NCBI GenBank assembly: GCA_964016885.1
Contig: OZ024740.1
Location: forward strand, 18,600,001 to 18,664,000
Direction of reading: 5' to 3'
DNA length: 64,000 bases
Origin: Eledone cirrhosa
Taxonomy: Eukaryota
Shown here: positions 15,001 through 29,100 of the stretch, one piece after another
Numbering within the stretch: position 1 is the stretch's first letter
How the letters are laid out: every line of letters starts with the position of its first letter
The notes under the pieces: generated by a model
The model's database searches: none
What the model was told of the DNA's origin: nothing
The model's input: the letters and a program-made list of their open reading frames with translations, nothing else
Translations under genes and position numbers: made by a program

Positions 15001-15683
15001 TATAATGTCCCAGTTGACCTATACTTAAGGGCTTCACTGATAGTGTTATGTGTGTTATAATGTCCCAGTTGACCTATACTAATGGATTTCACTAATAGGG
15101 TTATGTGTGTTATAATCTCCCAGTTGACCTATACTAAAGGACTTCACTGATAGTGTTATGTGTTATAATGTCCCAGTTGACCTATACTAAAGGGCTTCAC
15201 TGATAGTGTTATGTGTGTTATAATGTCCAAGTTGATCTATACTAAAGGGCTTCACTGATAGGGTTATGTGTGTTATAATGTCCCAGTTGACCTATACTAA
15301 AGGACTTCACTGATAGTGTTATGTGTTATAATGTCCCAGTTGACCTATACTAAAGGGCTTCACTGACAGGGTTATGTGTGTTATAATGTCCCAGTTGACC
15401 TATACTAAAGGACTTCACTGATAGTGTTATGTGTTATAATGTCCCAGTTGACCTATACTAAAGGGCTTCACTGATAGTGTTATGTGTGTTATAATGTCCA
15501 AGTTGACATATATTAAAGGACTTCACTGATAGGGTTATGTGTGTTCTAATGTCCCAGTTGACCTATACTAAAGGACTTCACTGATAGTGTTATGTGTTAT
15601 AATGTCCCAGTTGACCTATACTAAAGGGCTCCATGGATAGTGTTATGTGTGTTATAATGTCCCAGTTGACCTATACTAAAGGA
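1..15683. repeat. Long-range duplication: 1-~4030 recurs at 11654-~15683 (offset 11,653 bp)
   Basis: Rare markers at an identical offset: AAATGAC (T at 39/11692), GACGTAT (G at 579/12232), CCATGG (3978/15631). GTGATATG and GTTGGCC variants are also shared. Confidence 0.9.
450..11400. repeat. More diverged copy: ~450-2700 recurs at ~9150-11400 (offset 8,701 bp)
   Basis: ACTGATATGG at 541/9242 and GTGTAATAAT at 999/9700, with the same order of TCTCACTT, GATCGGG and AAAGTCTT monomers. This copy lacks the GACGT, GATCT(~798) and TGGCC substitutions. Confidence 0.85.
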
Positions 15684-18628
15684 TTTCACTGATAGTGTTA
15701 TAGTGTTATAATGTCCCAGTTGACCTATACTAATGGATTTCACTGATAGTGTCATGTGTGTTATAATGTCCCAGTTGACCTATACTAAAGGGCTCCATTG
15801 ATAGTGTTATGTGTGTTATAATGTCCCAGTTGACCTATACTAAAGGGCTTCACTGATAGTGTTATGTGTGTTATAATGTCTCACTTGACCTATACTAAAG
15901 GGCTTCACTGATAGTGTTATGTGTGTTATAATGTCCCAGTTGACCTATACTAAAGGACTTCACTGATCGGGTTATGTGTGTTATAATGTCCCAGTTGACC
16001 TATACTAAAGGACTTCACTGATAGTGTTATGTGTGTTATAATGTCCCAGTTGACCTATACTAAAGGGCTTCACTGATAGTGTTATGTGTTATAATGTCCC
16101 AGTTGACCTATACTTAAGGGCTTCACTGATAGTGTTACGTGTGTTATAATGTCCCAGTTGACCTATACTAAAGGGCTTCACTGATAGGGTTATGTGTGTT
16201 ATAATGTCCCAGTTGACCTATACTAAAGGGCTTCACTGATAGTGTTATGTGTGTTATAATGTCCCAGTTGACCTATACTAAAGGACTTCACTGATAGTGT
16301 TATGTGTGTTATAATGTCCCAGTTGACCTATACTAAAGTCTTCACTGATATGGTTATGTGTGTTATAATGTCCCAGTTGACCTATACTAAAGGGCTCCAT
16401 TGATAGTGTTATGTGTGTTATAATGTCCCAGTTGACCTATACTAAAGGACTTCACTGATAGTGTTATGTGTTATAACGTCCCAGTTGACCTATACTAAAG
16501 GGCTCCATTGATAGTGTTATGTGTGTTACAATGTCCCAGTTGACCTATACTTAAGGGCTCCATTGATAGTGTTATGTGTTATAATGTCCCAGTTGACCTA
16601 TACTAAAGGACTTCACTGATCGGGTTATGTGTGTTATAATGTCCCAGTTGACCTATACTTAAGGGCTTCACTGATAGTGTTACGTGTGTTATAATGTCCC
16701 AGTTGACCTATACTTAAGGGCTTCACTGATAGTGTTACGTGTGTTATAATGTCCCAGTTGACCTATACTTAAGGGCTTCACTGATAGGGTTATGTGTGTT
16801 ATAATGTCCCAGTTGACCTATACTAAAGGACTTCACTGATCGGGTTATGTGTGTTATAATGTCCCAGTTGACCTATACTAAAGGGCTTCACTGATAGTGT
16901 TATGTGTTATAATGTCCCAGTTGACCTATACTAAAGGGCTTCACTGATAGTGTTATGTGTGTTATAATGTCCCAGTTGACCTATACTAAAGGACTTCACT
17001 GATAGTGTTATGTGTGTTATAATGTCTCAGTTGACCTATACTAATGGATTTCACTGATAGTGTCATGTGTGTTATAATGTCTCAGTTGACCTATACAAAA
17101 GGGCTTCACTGACAGGGTTATGTGTTATAATGTCCCAGTTGACTTATACTAAAGGACTTCACTGATAGTGTTATGTGTTATAATGTCCCAGTTGACTTAT
17201 ACTAAAGACTTCACTGATAGTGTAATGTGTGTTATAATGTCCCAGTTGACCTATACTAAAGGACTTCACTGATAGGGTTATGTGTGTTATAATGTCCCAG
17301 TTGACCTATACTAAAAGACTTCACTGATAGGGTTATGTGTTATAATGTCCCAGTTGATCTATACTAAAGGGCTTCACTGATAGTGTTATGTGTGTTATAA
17401 TGTCCCAGTTGACCTATACTAAAGGACTTCACTGATAGTGTTATGTGTGTTATAATGTCCCAGTTGACCTATACTAAAGGACTTCACTGATAGGGTTATG
17501 TGTGTTATAATGTCCCAGTTGACCTATACTAAATGACTTCACTGATAGGGTTATGTGTGTTATAATGTCCCAGTTGACCTATACTAAAGGACTTCACTGA
17601 TAGGGTTATGTGTGTTATAATGTCCCAGTTGACCTATACTTAAGGGCTTCACTGATAGTGTTATGTGGGTTGTAATGTCCCAGTTGACCTATACTAAACG
17701 TCTTCACCGATAGTGTTATGTGTGTTATAATGTCCAAGTTGACCTATAATAAAGGACTACACTGAAAGTGTTATGTGTGTTATAATGTCCCTGTTGACCT
17801 ATACTAAACGGCTTCACTGATAGTGTTATGTGTGTTATAATGTCCAAGTTGACCTATACTAAAGGACTTCACTGATAGGGTTATGTGTGTTATAATTTCT
17901 CAGTTTACCTATACTAAAGGACTTCACTGATAGGGTTATGTGTGTTATAATGTCCCAGTTGACCTATACTTAAGGGCTTCACTGATAGTGTTATGTGTGT
18001 TATAATGTCCCAGTTGACCTATACTAATGGATTTCACTAATAGGGTTATGTGTGTTATAATCTCCCAGTTGACCTATACTAAAGGACTTCACTGATAGTG
18101 TTATGTGTTATAATGTCCCAGTTGACCTATACTAAAGGGCTTCACTGATAGTGTTATGTGTGTTATAATGTCCAAGTTGATCTATACTAAAGGGCTTCAC
18201 TGATAGGGTTATGTGTGTTATAATGTCCCAGTTGACCTATACTAAAGGACTTCACTGATAGTGTTATGTGTTATAATGTCCCAGTTGACCTATACTAAAG
18301 GGCTTCACTGACAGGGTTATGTGTGTTATAATGTCCCAGTTGACCTATACTAAAGGACTTCACTGATAGTGTTATGTGTTATAATGTCCCAGTTGACCTA
18401 TACTAAAGGGCTTCACTGATAGTGTTATGTGTGTTATAATGTCCAAGTTGACATATATTAAAGGACTTCACTGATAGGGTTATGTGTGTTCTAATGTCCC
18501 AGTTGACCTATACTAAAGGACTTCACTGATAGTGTTATGTGTTATAATGTCCCAGTTGACCTATACTAAAGGGCTCCATGGATAGTGTTATGTGTGTTAT
18601 AATGTCCCAGTTGACCTATACTAAAGGA
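12812..18628. repeat. Tandem duplication of a 2,945-bp (~54-monomer) unit
   Basis: CCATGG at 15631/18576, AAATGAC at 14589/17534 and CTCCATT at 12848/15793, all offset 2,945. Confidence 0.9.
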
Positions 18629-20134
18629 CTTCACTGATAGTGTTATGTGTGTTATAATGTCCCAGTTGAACTATACTAAAAGACTTCACTGATAGGGTTT
18701 TGTGTGTTATAATGTCCCAGTTGACCTATACTAAAGGGCTTCACTGATAGGGTTATGTGGGTTATAATGTCCCAGTTGACCTATACTAAAGGGCTTCACT
18801 GATAATGTTATGTGTGTTATAATTTCCCAGTTGACCTATACTAACTGGCTTCACTGATAGGGTTATGTGTGTTATAATGTCCCAGTTGACCTATACTAAA
18901 GGATTTCACTGATAGTGTTATAGTGTTATAATGTCCCAGTTGACCTATACTAATGGATTTCACTGATAGTGTCATGTGTGTTATAATGTCCCAGTTGACC
19001 TATATTAAAGGGCTTCACTGATAGTGTTATGTGTGTTATAATGTCCCAGTTGACCTATACTAAAGGACTTCACTGATAGGGTTATGTGTGTTATAATGTC
19101 CCAGTTGACCTATATTAAAGGGCTTCACTGATAGTGTTATGTGTGTTATAATGTCCCAGTTGACCTATACTAAAGGACTTCACTGATAGGGTTATGTGTG
19201 TTATAATCTCCCAGTTGACCTATACTAAAGGACTTCACTGATAGGGTTATGTGTGTTATAATGTCCCAGTTGACCTATACTAACGGATTTCACTGATAGT
19301 GTTATGTGTGTTATAATGTCCCAGTTGACCTACACTAAAGAACTTCACTGATAGGGTTATGTGTGTTATAATGTCCCAGTTGACCTATACTAAAGGACTT
19401 CACTGATAGTGTTATGTGTGTTATAATGTCCCAGTTGACCTATACTAAAGGGCTTCAATGATAGTGTTATGTGTGTTATAATGTCTCAGTTGACCTATAC
19501 TAAAGGACTTCACTAATAGGGTTATGTGTTATAATGTCCCAGTTGACCTATACTAAAGGACTTCACTGATAGGGTTATGTGTGTTATAATTTCCCAGTTG
19601 ACCTATACTAAAGGACTTCACTGATAGGGTTATGTGTGTTATAATGTCCCAGTTGACCTATACTAAAGGGCTTCACTGATAGGGTTATGTGTGTTATAAT
19701 GTCCCAGTTGACCTATACTAAAGGACGTCACTGATAGTGTTATGTGTGTTATAATGTCCCAGTTGACCTATACTAAAGGGCTTCACTGATAGTGTTATGT
19801 GTGTTATAATGTCCCCGTTGACCTATACTAAAGGGCTTCACTGATAGTGTTATGTGTGTTATAATGTCCAAGTTGACATATATTAAAGGACTTCACTGAT
19901 AGGGTTATGTGTGTTCTAATGTCCCAGTTGACCTATACTAAAGGACTTCACTTATAGTGTTATGTGTTATAATGTCCCAGTTGACCTATACTAAAGGGCT
20001 CCATTGATAGTGTTATGTGTGTTATAATGTCCCAGTTGACCTATACTAAAGGGCTTCACTGATAGTGTTATGTGTGTTATAATGTCCCAGTTGACCTATA
20101 CTAACGGGCTTCACTGATAGGGTTATGTGTGTTA

Positions 20135-23100
20135 TAATGTCCCAGTTGACCTATACTAAAGGACTTCACTGATAGTGTTATGTGTGTTATAATGTCCCAG
20201 TTGAACTATACTAAAAGACTTCACTGATAGGGTTTTGTGTGTTATAATGTCCCAGTTGACCTATACTAAAGGGCTTCACTGATAGGGTTATGTGTGTTAT
20301 AATGTCCCAGTTGACCTATACTAAAGGGCTTCACTGATAATGTTATGTGTGTTATAATTTCCCAGTTGACCTGTACTAACTGGCTTCACTGATAGGGTTA
20401 TGTGTGTTATAATGTCCCAGTTGACCTATACTAAAGGATTTCACTGATAGTGTTATAGTGTTATAATGTCCCAGTTGACCTATACTAATGGATTTCACTG
20501 ATAGTGTCATGTGTGTTATAATGTCCCAGTTGACCTATATTAAAGGGCTTCACTGATAGTGTTATGTGTGTTATAATGTCCCAGTTGACCTATACTAAAG
20601 GACTTCACTGATAGGGTTATGTGTGTTATAATGTCCCAGTTGACCTATATTAAAGGGCTTCACTGATAGTGTTATGTGTGTTATAATGTCCCAGTTGACC
20701 TATACTAAAGGACTTCACTGATAGGGTTATGTGTGTTATAATATCCCAGTTGACCTATTCTAAAGGACTTCACTGATAGGGTTATGTGTGTTATAATGTC
20801 CCAGTTGACCTATACTAACGGATTTCACTGATAGTTTTATGTGTGTTATAATGTCCCAGTTGACCTACACTAAAGGACTTCACTGATAGGGTTATGTGTG
20901 TTATAATGTCCCAGTTGACCTATACTAAAGGGCTTCAATGACAGTGTTATGTGTGTTATAATGTCTCAGTTGACCTATACTAAAGGACTTCACTGATAGT
21001 GTTATGTGTGTTATAATGTCCCAGTTGACCTATACTAAAGGGCTTCAATGATAGTGTTATGTGTGTTATAATGTCCCAGTTGACCTATACTAAAGGGCTT
21101 CAATGATAGTGTTATGTGTTATAATGTCCCAGTTGACCTATACTAAAGGACTTCACTGATAGGGTTATGTGTTATAATGTCCCAGTTGACCTATACTAAA
21201 GGGCTTCACTGATAGTGTTATGTGTGTTATAATGTCTCAGTTGACCTATACTAAAGGACTTCACTAATAGGGTTATGTGTTATAATGTCCCAGTTGACCT
21301 ATACTAAAGGGCTTCACTGATAGTGTTATGTGTGTTATAATGTCCCAGTTGACCTATACTAAAGGACTTCACTGATAGGGTTATGTGTGTTATAATTTCC
21401 CAGCTGACCTATACTAAAAGGCTCCACTGATAGTGTTATGTGTGTTATAATGTCCCAGTTGACCTATACTAAAGGACTTCACTGATAGGGTTATGTGTGT
21501 TATAATTTCCCAGTTGACCTATACTAAAGGACTTCACTGATAGTGTTATGTGTGATATAATGTCCCAGTTGACCTATACTAAAGGACTTCACTGATAGGG
21601 TTATGTGTGTTATAATTTCCCAGCTGACCTATACTAAAAGGCTCCACTGATAGTATTATGTGTGTTATAATGTCCCAGTTGACCTATACTAAAGGACTTC
21701 ACTGATAGGGTTATGTGTGTTATAATTTCCCAGTTGACCTATACTAAAAGGCTCCACTGATAGTGTTATGTGTGTTATAATGTCCCAGTTGACCTATACT
21801 AAAGGACTTCACTGATAGGGTTATGTGTGTTATAATTTCCCAGTTGACCTATACTAAAGGACTTCACTGATAGGGTTATGTGTGTTATAATTTCCCAGTT
21901 GACCTATACTAAAGGACTTCACTGATAGGGTTATGTGTGTTATAATGTCCCAGTTGACCTATACTAAAGGACTTCACTGATAGGGTTATGTGTGTTATAA
22001 TTTCCCAGTTGACCTATACTAAAGGACTTCACTGATAGGGTTATGTGTGTTATAATTTCCCAGTTGACCTATACTAAAGGACTTCACTGATAGGGTTATG
22101 TGTGTTATAATGTCCCAGTTGACCTATACTTAAGGGCTTCACTGATAGGGTTATGTGTGTTATAATGTCCCAGTTGACCTATACTTAAGGGCTTCACTGA
22201 TAGTGTCATGTGTGTTATAATGTCCCAGTTGACCTATACTAAAAGGCTTCACTGATAGGCTTATGTGTGTTATAATGTACCAGTTGACCTATACTAAAGG
22301 GCTCCATTGATAGTGTTATGTGTGTTATAATGTCCCAGTTGACCTATACTAAAGGGCTTCACTGATAGTGTTATGTGTTATAATGTCCCAGTTGACCTAT
22401 ACTAAAGTATTTCACTGATAGTGTCATGTGTGTTATAATGTCCCAGTTGACCTATACTAAAGGACTTCACTGATAGGGTTATGTGTGTTATAATGTCCCA
22501 GTTGACCTATACTAAAGGACTTCACTGATAGTGTTATGTGTGTTATAATGTCCCAGTTGACCTATACTAAAGGGCTTCACTGATAGTGTTATGTGTGTTA
22601 TAATGTCCCAGTTGACCTATACTAAAAGGCTCCACTGATAGGCTTATGTGTGTTATAATGTCCCAGTTGACCTATACTAAAAGGCTCCACTGATAGGGTT
22701 ATGTGTGTTATAATGTCCCAGTTGACCTATACTAAAGGACTTCACTGATAGGGTTATGTGTGTTATAATGTCCCAGTTGACCTATACTAAAAGGCTCCAC
22801 TGATAGGGTTATGTGTGTTATAATGTCCTAGTTGACCTATACTAAAGGACTTCACTGATAGTGTTATGTGTGTTATAATGTCCCAGTTGACCTATACTAA
22901 AGGACTTCACTGATAGGGTTATGTGTGTTATAATGTCCCCGTTGACCTATACTAAAGGACTTCACTGATAGGGTTATGTGTGTTATAATGTCCCAGTTGA
23001 CCTATACTATAGGGCTCCATTGATAGTGTTATGTGTGTTATAATGTCCCAGTTGACCTATACTAAAAGGCTACACTGATAGGGTTATGTGTGTTATAATG

Positions 23101-26100
23101 TCCCAGTTGACCTATACTAAAGGACTTCACTGATAGTGTTATGTGTGTTATAATGTCCCAGTTGACCTATACTAAAGGGCTTCACTGATAGTGTTATGTG
23201 TTATAATGTCCCAGTTGACCTATACTAAAGGGCTTCACTGATAGTGTTATGTGTGTTATAATGTCCCAGTTAACCTAAACTAAAAGACTTCACTGATAGG
23301 GTTATGTGTGTATAATGTCCCAGTTAACCTATACTAAAGGACTTCACTGATAGTGTTATGTGTGTTATAATGTCCCAGTTGACCTATACTTAAGGGCTTC
23401 ACTGATAGTGTTATGTGTGTTGTAATGACCCAGTTGACCTATACTAAAGGGCTTCACCGATAGTGTTATATGTTATAATGTCCCAGTTGACCTATACTAA
23501 AGGACTTCTCTGATAGTGTTATGTGTGTTATAATGTCCTAGTTGACCTATACTTAAGGGCTTCACTGATAGTGTTATGTGTGTTGTAATGACGCAGTTGA
23601 CCTATACTAAAGGGCTTCACCGATAGTGTTATATGTTATAATGTCCCAGTTGACCTATACTAAAGGACTTCACTGATAGGGTTATGTGTGTATAATGTCC
23701 CAGTTGACCTATACTAAAGGACTTCACTGATAGTGTTATGTGTGTTATAATGTCCCAGTTGAACTATACTAAAAGACTTCACTGATAGGGTTATGTGTGT
23801 TATAATATCCCAGTTGAACTATACTAATGGATTTAACTGATAGTGTCATGTGTGTTATAATGTTTCAGTTGACCTATACTAAAGGACTTCACTGATAGGG
23901 TTATGTGTTATAATGTCCCAGTTGACCTATAATAAAGGGCTTAACTGATAGGCTTATGTGTTATAATGTCCCAGTTGACCTATACTAAAGGGCTTCACTG
24001 ATAGTGTTATGTGTGTTATAATGTCCCAGTTGACCTATACTAAAGGGCTTCACTGATAGGGTTATGTGTTATAATGTCCCAGTTGACTTATACTAAAGGA
24101 CTTCACTGATAGTGTTATGTGTTATAATGTCCCAGTTGACCTATACTAAAGGGCTTCACTGATAGTGTTATGTGTGTTATAATGTCCCAGTTGACCTATA
24201 CTAAAGGACTTCACTGATAGGGTTATGTGTGTTATAATTTCCCAGTTGACCTATACTAAAAGGCTCCACTGATAGGCTTATGTGTGTTATAATGTCCCAG
24301 TTGACCTATACTAAAAGGCTCCACTGATAGGGTTATGTGTGTTAAAATGTCTCATTTGACCTATACTAAAGGGCTTCACTGATAGTGTTATGTGTGTTAT
24401 AATGTCCCAGTTGAACTATACTGATGGATTTCACTGATAGTGTCATGTGTGTTATAATGACCCAGTTGACCTATACTAAAAGGCTCCACTGATAGGGTTA
24501 TGTGTTATAATGTCCCAGTTGACCTATACTAAAGGGCTTCACTGATAGTGTTATGTGTGTTATAATGTCCCAGTTGACCTATACAAAAGGGCTTCACTGA
24601 TAGGGTTATGTGTGTTATAATTTCCCAGTTGACCTATACTAAAAGGCTCCACTGATAGGCTTATGTGTGTTATAATGTCCCAGTTGACCTATACTAAAAG
24701 GCTCCACTGATAGGGTTATGTGTGTTATAATGTCCCAGTTGACCTATACTAAAGGACTTCACTGATAGGGTTATGTGTGTTATAATGTCCCAGTTGACCT
24801 ATACTAAAGGGCTTCACTGATAGGGTTATGTGTGTTATAATTTCCCAGTTGACCTATACTAAAAGGCTCCACTGATAGGCTTATGTGTGTTATAATGTCC
24901 CAGTTGACCTATACTAAAGGGCTTCACTGATAGTGTTATGTGTGTTATAATGTCCCAGTTGACCTATACAAAAAGGCTCCACTGATAGTGTTATGTGTTA
25001 TAATGTCCCAGTTGACCTATACTAAAGGACTTCACTGATAGGGTTATGTGTGTTATAATGTCCCAGTTGACCTATACTAAAGGACTTCACTGATAGGGTT
25101 ATGTGTGTTATAATTTCCCAGTTGACCTATACAAAAGGACTTCACTGATAGGGTTATGTGTGTTATAATTTCCCAGTTGACCTATACTAAAGGACTTCAC
25201 TGATAGGGTTATGTGTGTTATAATTTCCAAGTTGACCTATACTAAAGGAGTTCACTGATAGGGTTATGTGTGTTATAATGTCCCAGTTGACCTACACTTA
25301 AGGGCTTCACTGATAGTGTTATGTGTGTTATAATATCCCAGTTGACCTATACTAAAGGACTTCACTGATAGGGTTATGTGTGTTATAATGTCCCAGTTGA
25401 CCTATACTAAAGGGCTCCATTGATAGTGTTATGTGTGTTATAATGTCCCAGTTGACCTATACTAAAGGACTTCACTGATAGGGTTATGTGTGTTGTAATG
25501 ACCCAGTTGACCTATACTAAAGGGCTTCACCGATAGTGTTATGTGTGTTATAATGTCCCAGTTGACCTATACTAAAGGGCTTCACTGATAGTGTTATGTG
25601 TTATAACGTCCTAGTTGACCTATACTAAATGGCTTCTCTGATAGTGTTATGTGTGTTATAATGTCCCAGTTGACATATACTAAAGGGCTTCACTGAAAGT
25701 GTTATGTGTGTTATAATGTCCCAGTTGACCTATACTAAAAGGCTCCACTGATAGGCTTATGTGTGTTATAATGTCCCAGTTGACCTATACTAAAAGGCTC
25801 CACTGATAGGGTTATGTGTGTTATAATGTCCCAGTTGACCTATACTAAAGGACTTCACTGATAGGGTTATGTGTGTTATAATGTCCCAGTTGACCTATAC
25901 TGAAAGGCTCCACTGATAGGGTTATGTGTGTTATAATGTCCTAGTTGACCTATACTAAAGGACTTCACTGATAGTGTTATGTGTGTTATAATGTCCCAGT
26001 TGACCTATACTAAAAGGCTACACTGATAGGGTTATGTGTGTTATAATGTCCCAGTTGACCTATACTAAAGGACTTCACTGATAGTGTTATGTGTGTTATA

Positions 26101-29100
26101 ATGTCCCAGTTGACCTATACTAAAGGGCTTCACTGATAGTGTTATGTGTTATAATGTCCCAGTTGACCTATACTAAAGGGCTTCACTGATAGTGTTATGT
26201 GTGTTATAATGTCCCAGTTAACCTATACTAAAAGACTTCACTGATAGGGTTATGTGTGTATAATGTCCCAGTTAACCTATACTAAAGGACTTCACTGATA
26301 GTGTTATGTGTGTTATAATGTCCCAGTTGACCTATACTTAAGGGCTTCACTGATAGTGTTATGTGTGTTGTAATGACCCAGTTGACCTATACTAAAGGGC
26401 TTCACCGATAGTGTTATATGTTATAATGTCCCAGTTGACCTATACTAAAGGACTTCTCTGATAGTGTTATGTGTGTTATAATGTCCTAGTTGACCTATAC
26501 TTAAGGGCTTCACTGATAGTGTTATGTGTGTTGTAATGACGCAGTTGACCTATACTAAAGGGCTTCACCGATAGTGTTATATGTTATAATGTCCCAGTTG
26601 ACCTATACTAAAGGACTTCACTGATAGGGTTATGTGTGTATAATGTCCCAGTTGACCTATACTAAAGGACTTCACTGATAGTGTTATGTGTGTTATAATG
26701 TCCCAGTTGAACTATACTAAAAGACTTCACTGATAGGGTTTTGTGTGTTATAATGTCCCAGTTGACCTATACTAAAGGGCTTCACTGATAGGGTTATGTG
26801 TGTTATAATGTCCCAGTTGACCTATACTAAAGGGCTTCACTGATAATGTTATGTGTGTTATAATTTCCCAGTTGACCTGTACTAACTGGCTTCACTGATA
26901 GGGTTATGTGTGTTATAATGTCCCAGTTGACCTATACTAAAGGATTTCACTGATAGTGTTATAGTGTTATAATGTCCCAGTTGACCTATACTAATGGATT
27001 TCACTGATAGTGTCATGTGTGTTATAATGTCCCAGTTGACCTATATTAAAGGGCTTCACTGATAGTGTTATGTGTGTTATAATGTCCCAGTTGACCTATA
27101 CTAAAGGACTTCACTGATAGGGTTATGTGTGTTATAATGTCCCAGTTGACCTATATTAAAGGGCTTCACTGATAGTGTTATGTGTGTTATAATGTCCCAG
27201 TTGACCTATACTAAAGGACTTCACTGATAGGGTTATGTGTGTTATAATATCCCAGTTGACCTATTCTAAAGGACTTCACTGATAGGGTTATGTGTGTTAT
27301 AATGTCCCAGTTGACCTATACTAACGGATTTCACTGATAGTTTTATGTGTGTTATAATGTCCCAGTTGACCTACACTAAAGGACTTCACTGATAGGGTTA
27401 TGTGTGTTATAATGTCCCAGTTGACCTATACTAAAGGGCTTCAATGACAGTGTTATGTGTGTTATAATGTCTCAGTTGACCTATACTAAAGGACTTCACT
27501 GATAGTGTTATGTGTGTTATAATGTCCCAGTTGACCTATACTAAAGGGCTTCAATGATAGTGTTATGTGTGTTATAATGTCCCAGTTGACCTATACTAAA
27601 GGGCTTCAATGATAGTGTTATGTGTTATAATGTCCCAGTTGACCTATACTAAAGGACTTCACTGATAGGGTTATGTGTTATAATGTCCCAGTTGACCTAT
27701 ACTAAAGGGCTTCACTGATAGTGTTATGTGTGTTATAATGTCTCAGTTGACCTATACTAAAGGACTTCACTAATAGGGTTATGTGTTATAATGTCCCAGT
27801 TGACCTATACTAAAGGGCTTCACTGATAGTGTTATGTGTGTTATAATGTCCCAGTTGACCTATACTAAAGGACTTCACTGATAGGGTTATGTGTGTTATA
27901 ATTTCCCAGCTGACCTATACTAAAAGGCTCCACTGATAGTGTTATGTGTGTTATAATGTCCCAGTTGACCTATACTAAAGGACTTCACTGATAGGGTTAT
28001 GTGTGTTATAATTTCCCAGTTGACCTATACTAAAGGACTTCACTGATAGTGTTATGTGTGATATAATGTCCCAGTTGACCTATACTAAAGGACTTCACTG
28101 ATAGGGTTATGTGTGTTATAATTTCCCAGCTGACCTATACTAAAAGGCTCCACTGATAGTATTATGTGTGTTATAATGTCCCAGTTGACCTATACTAAAG
28201 GACTTCACTGATAGGGTTATGTGTGTTATAATTTCCCAGTTGACCTATACTAAAAGGCTCCACTGATAGTGTTATGTGTGTTATAATGTCCCAGTTGACC
28301 TATACTAAAGGACTTCACTGATAGGGTTATGTGTGTTATAATTTCCCAGTTGACCTATACTAAAGGACTTCACTGATAGGGTTATGTGTGTTATAATTTC
28401 CCAGTTGACCTATACTAAAGGACTTCACTGATAGGGTTATGTGTGTTATAATGTCCCAGTTGACCTATACTAAAGGACTTCACTGATAGGGTTATGTGTG
28501 TTATAATTTCCCAGTTGACCTATACTAAAGGACTTCACTGATAGGGTTATGTGTGTTATAATTTCCCAGTTGACCTATACTAAAGGACTTCACTGATAGG
28601 GTTATGTGTGTTATAATGTCCCAGTTGACCTATACTTAAGGGCTTCACTGATAGGGTTATGTGTGTTATAATGTCCCAGTTGACCTATACTTAAGGGCTT
28701 CACTGATAGTGTCATGTGTGTTATAATGTCCCAGTTGACCTATACTAAAAGGCTTCACTGATAGGCTTATGTGTGTTATAATGTACCAGTTGACCTATAC
28801 TAAAGGGCTCCATTGATAGTGTTATGTGTGTTATAATGTCCCAGTTGACCTATACTAAAGGGCTTCACTGATAGTGTTATGTGTTATAATGTCCCAGTTG
28901 ACCTATACTAAAGTATTTCACTGATAGTGTCATGTGTGTTATAATGTCCCAGTTGACCTATACTAAAGGACTTCACTGATAGGGTTATGTGTGTTATAAT
29001 GTCCCAGTTGACCTATACTAAAGGACTTCACTGATAGTGTTATGTGTGTTATAATGTCCCAGTTGACCTATACTAAAGGGCTTCACTGATAGTGTTATGT

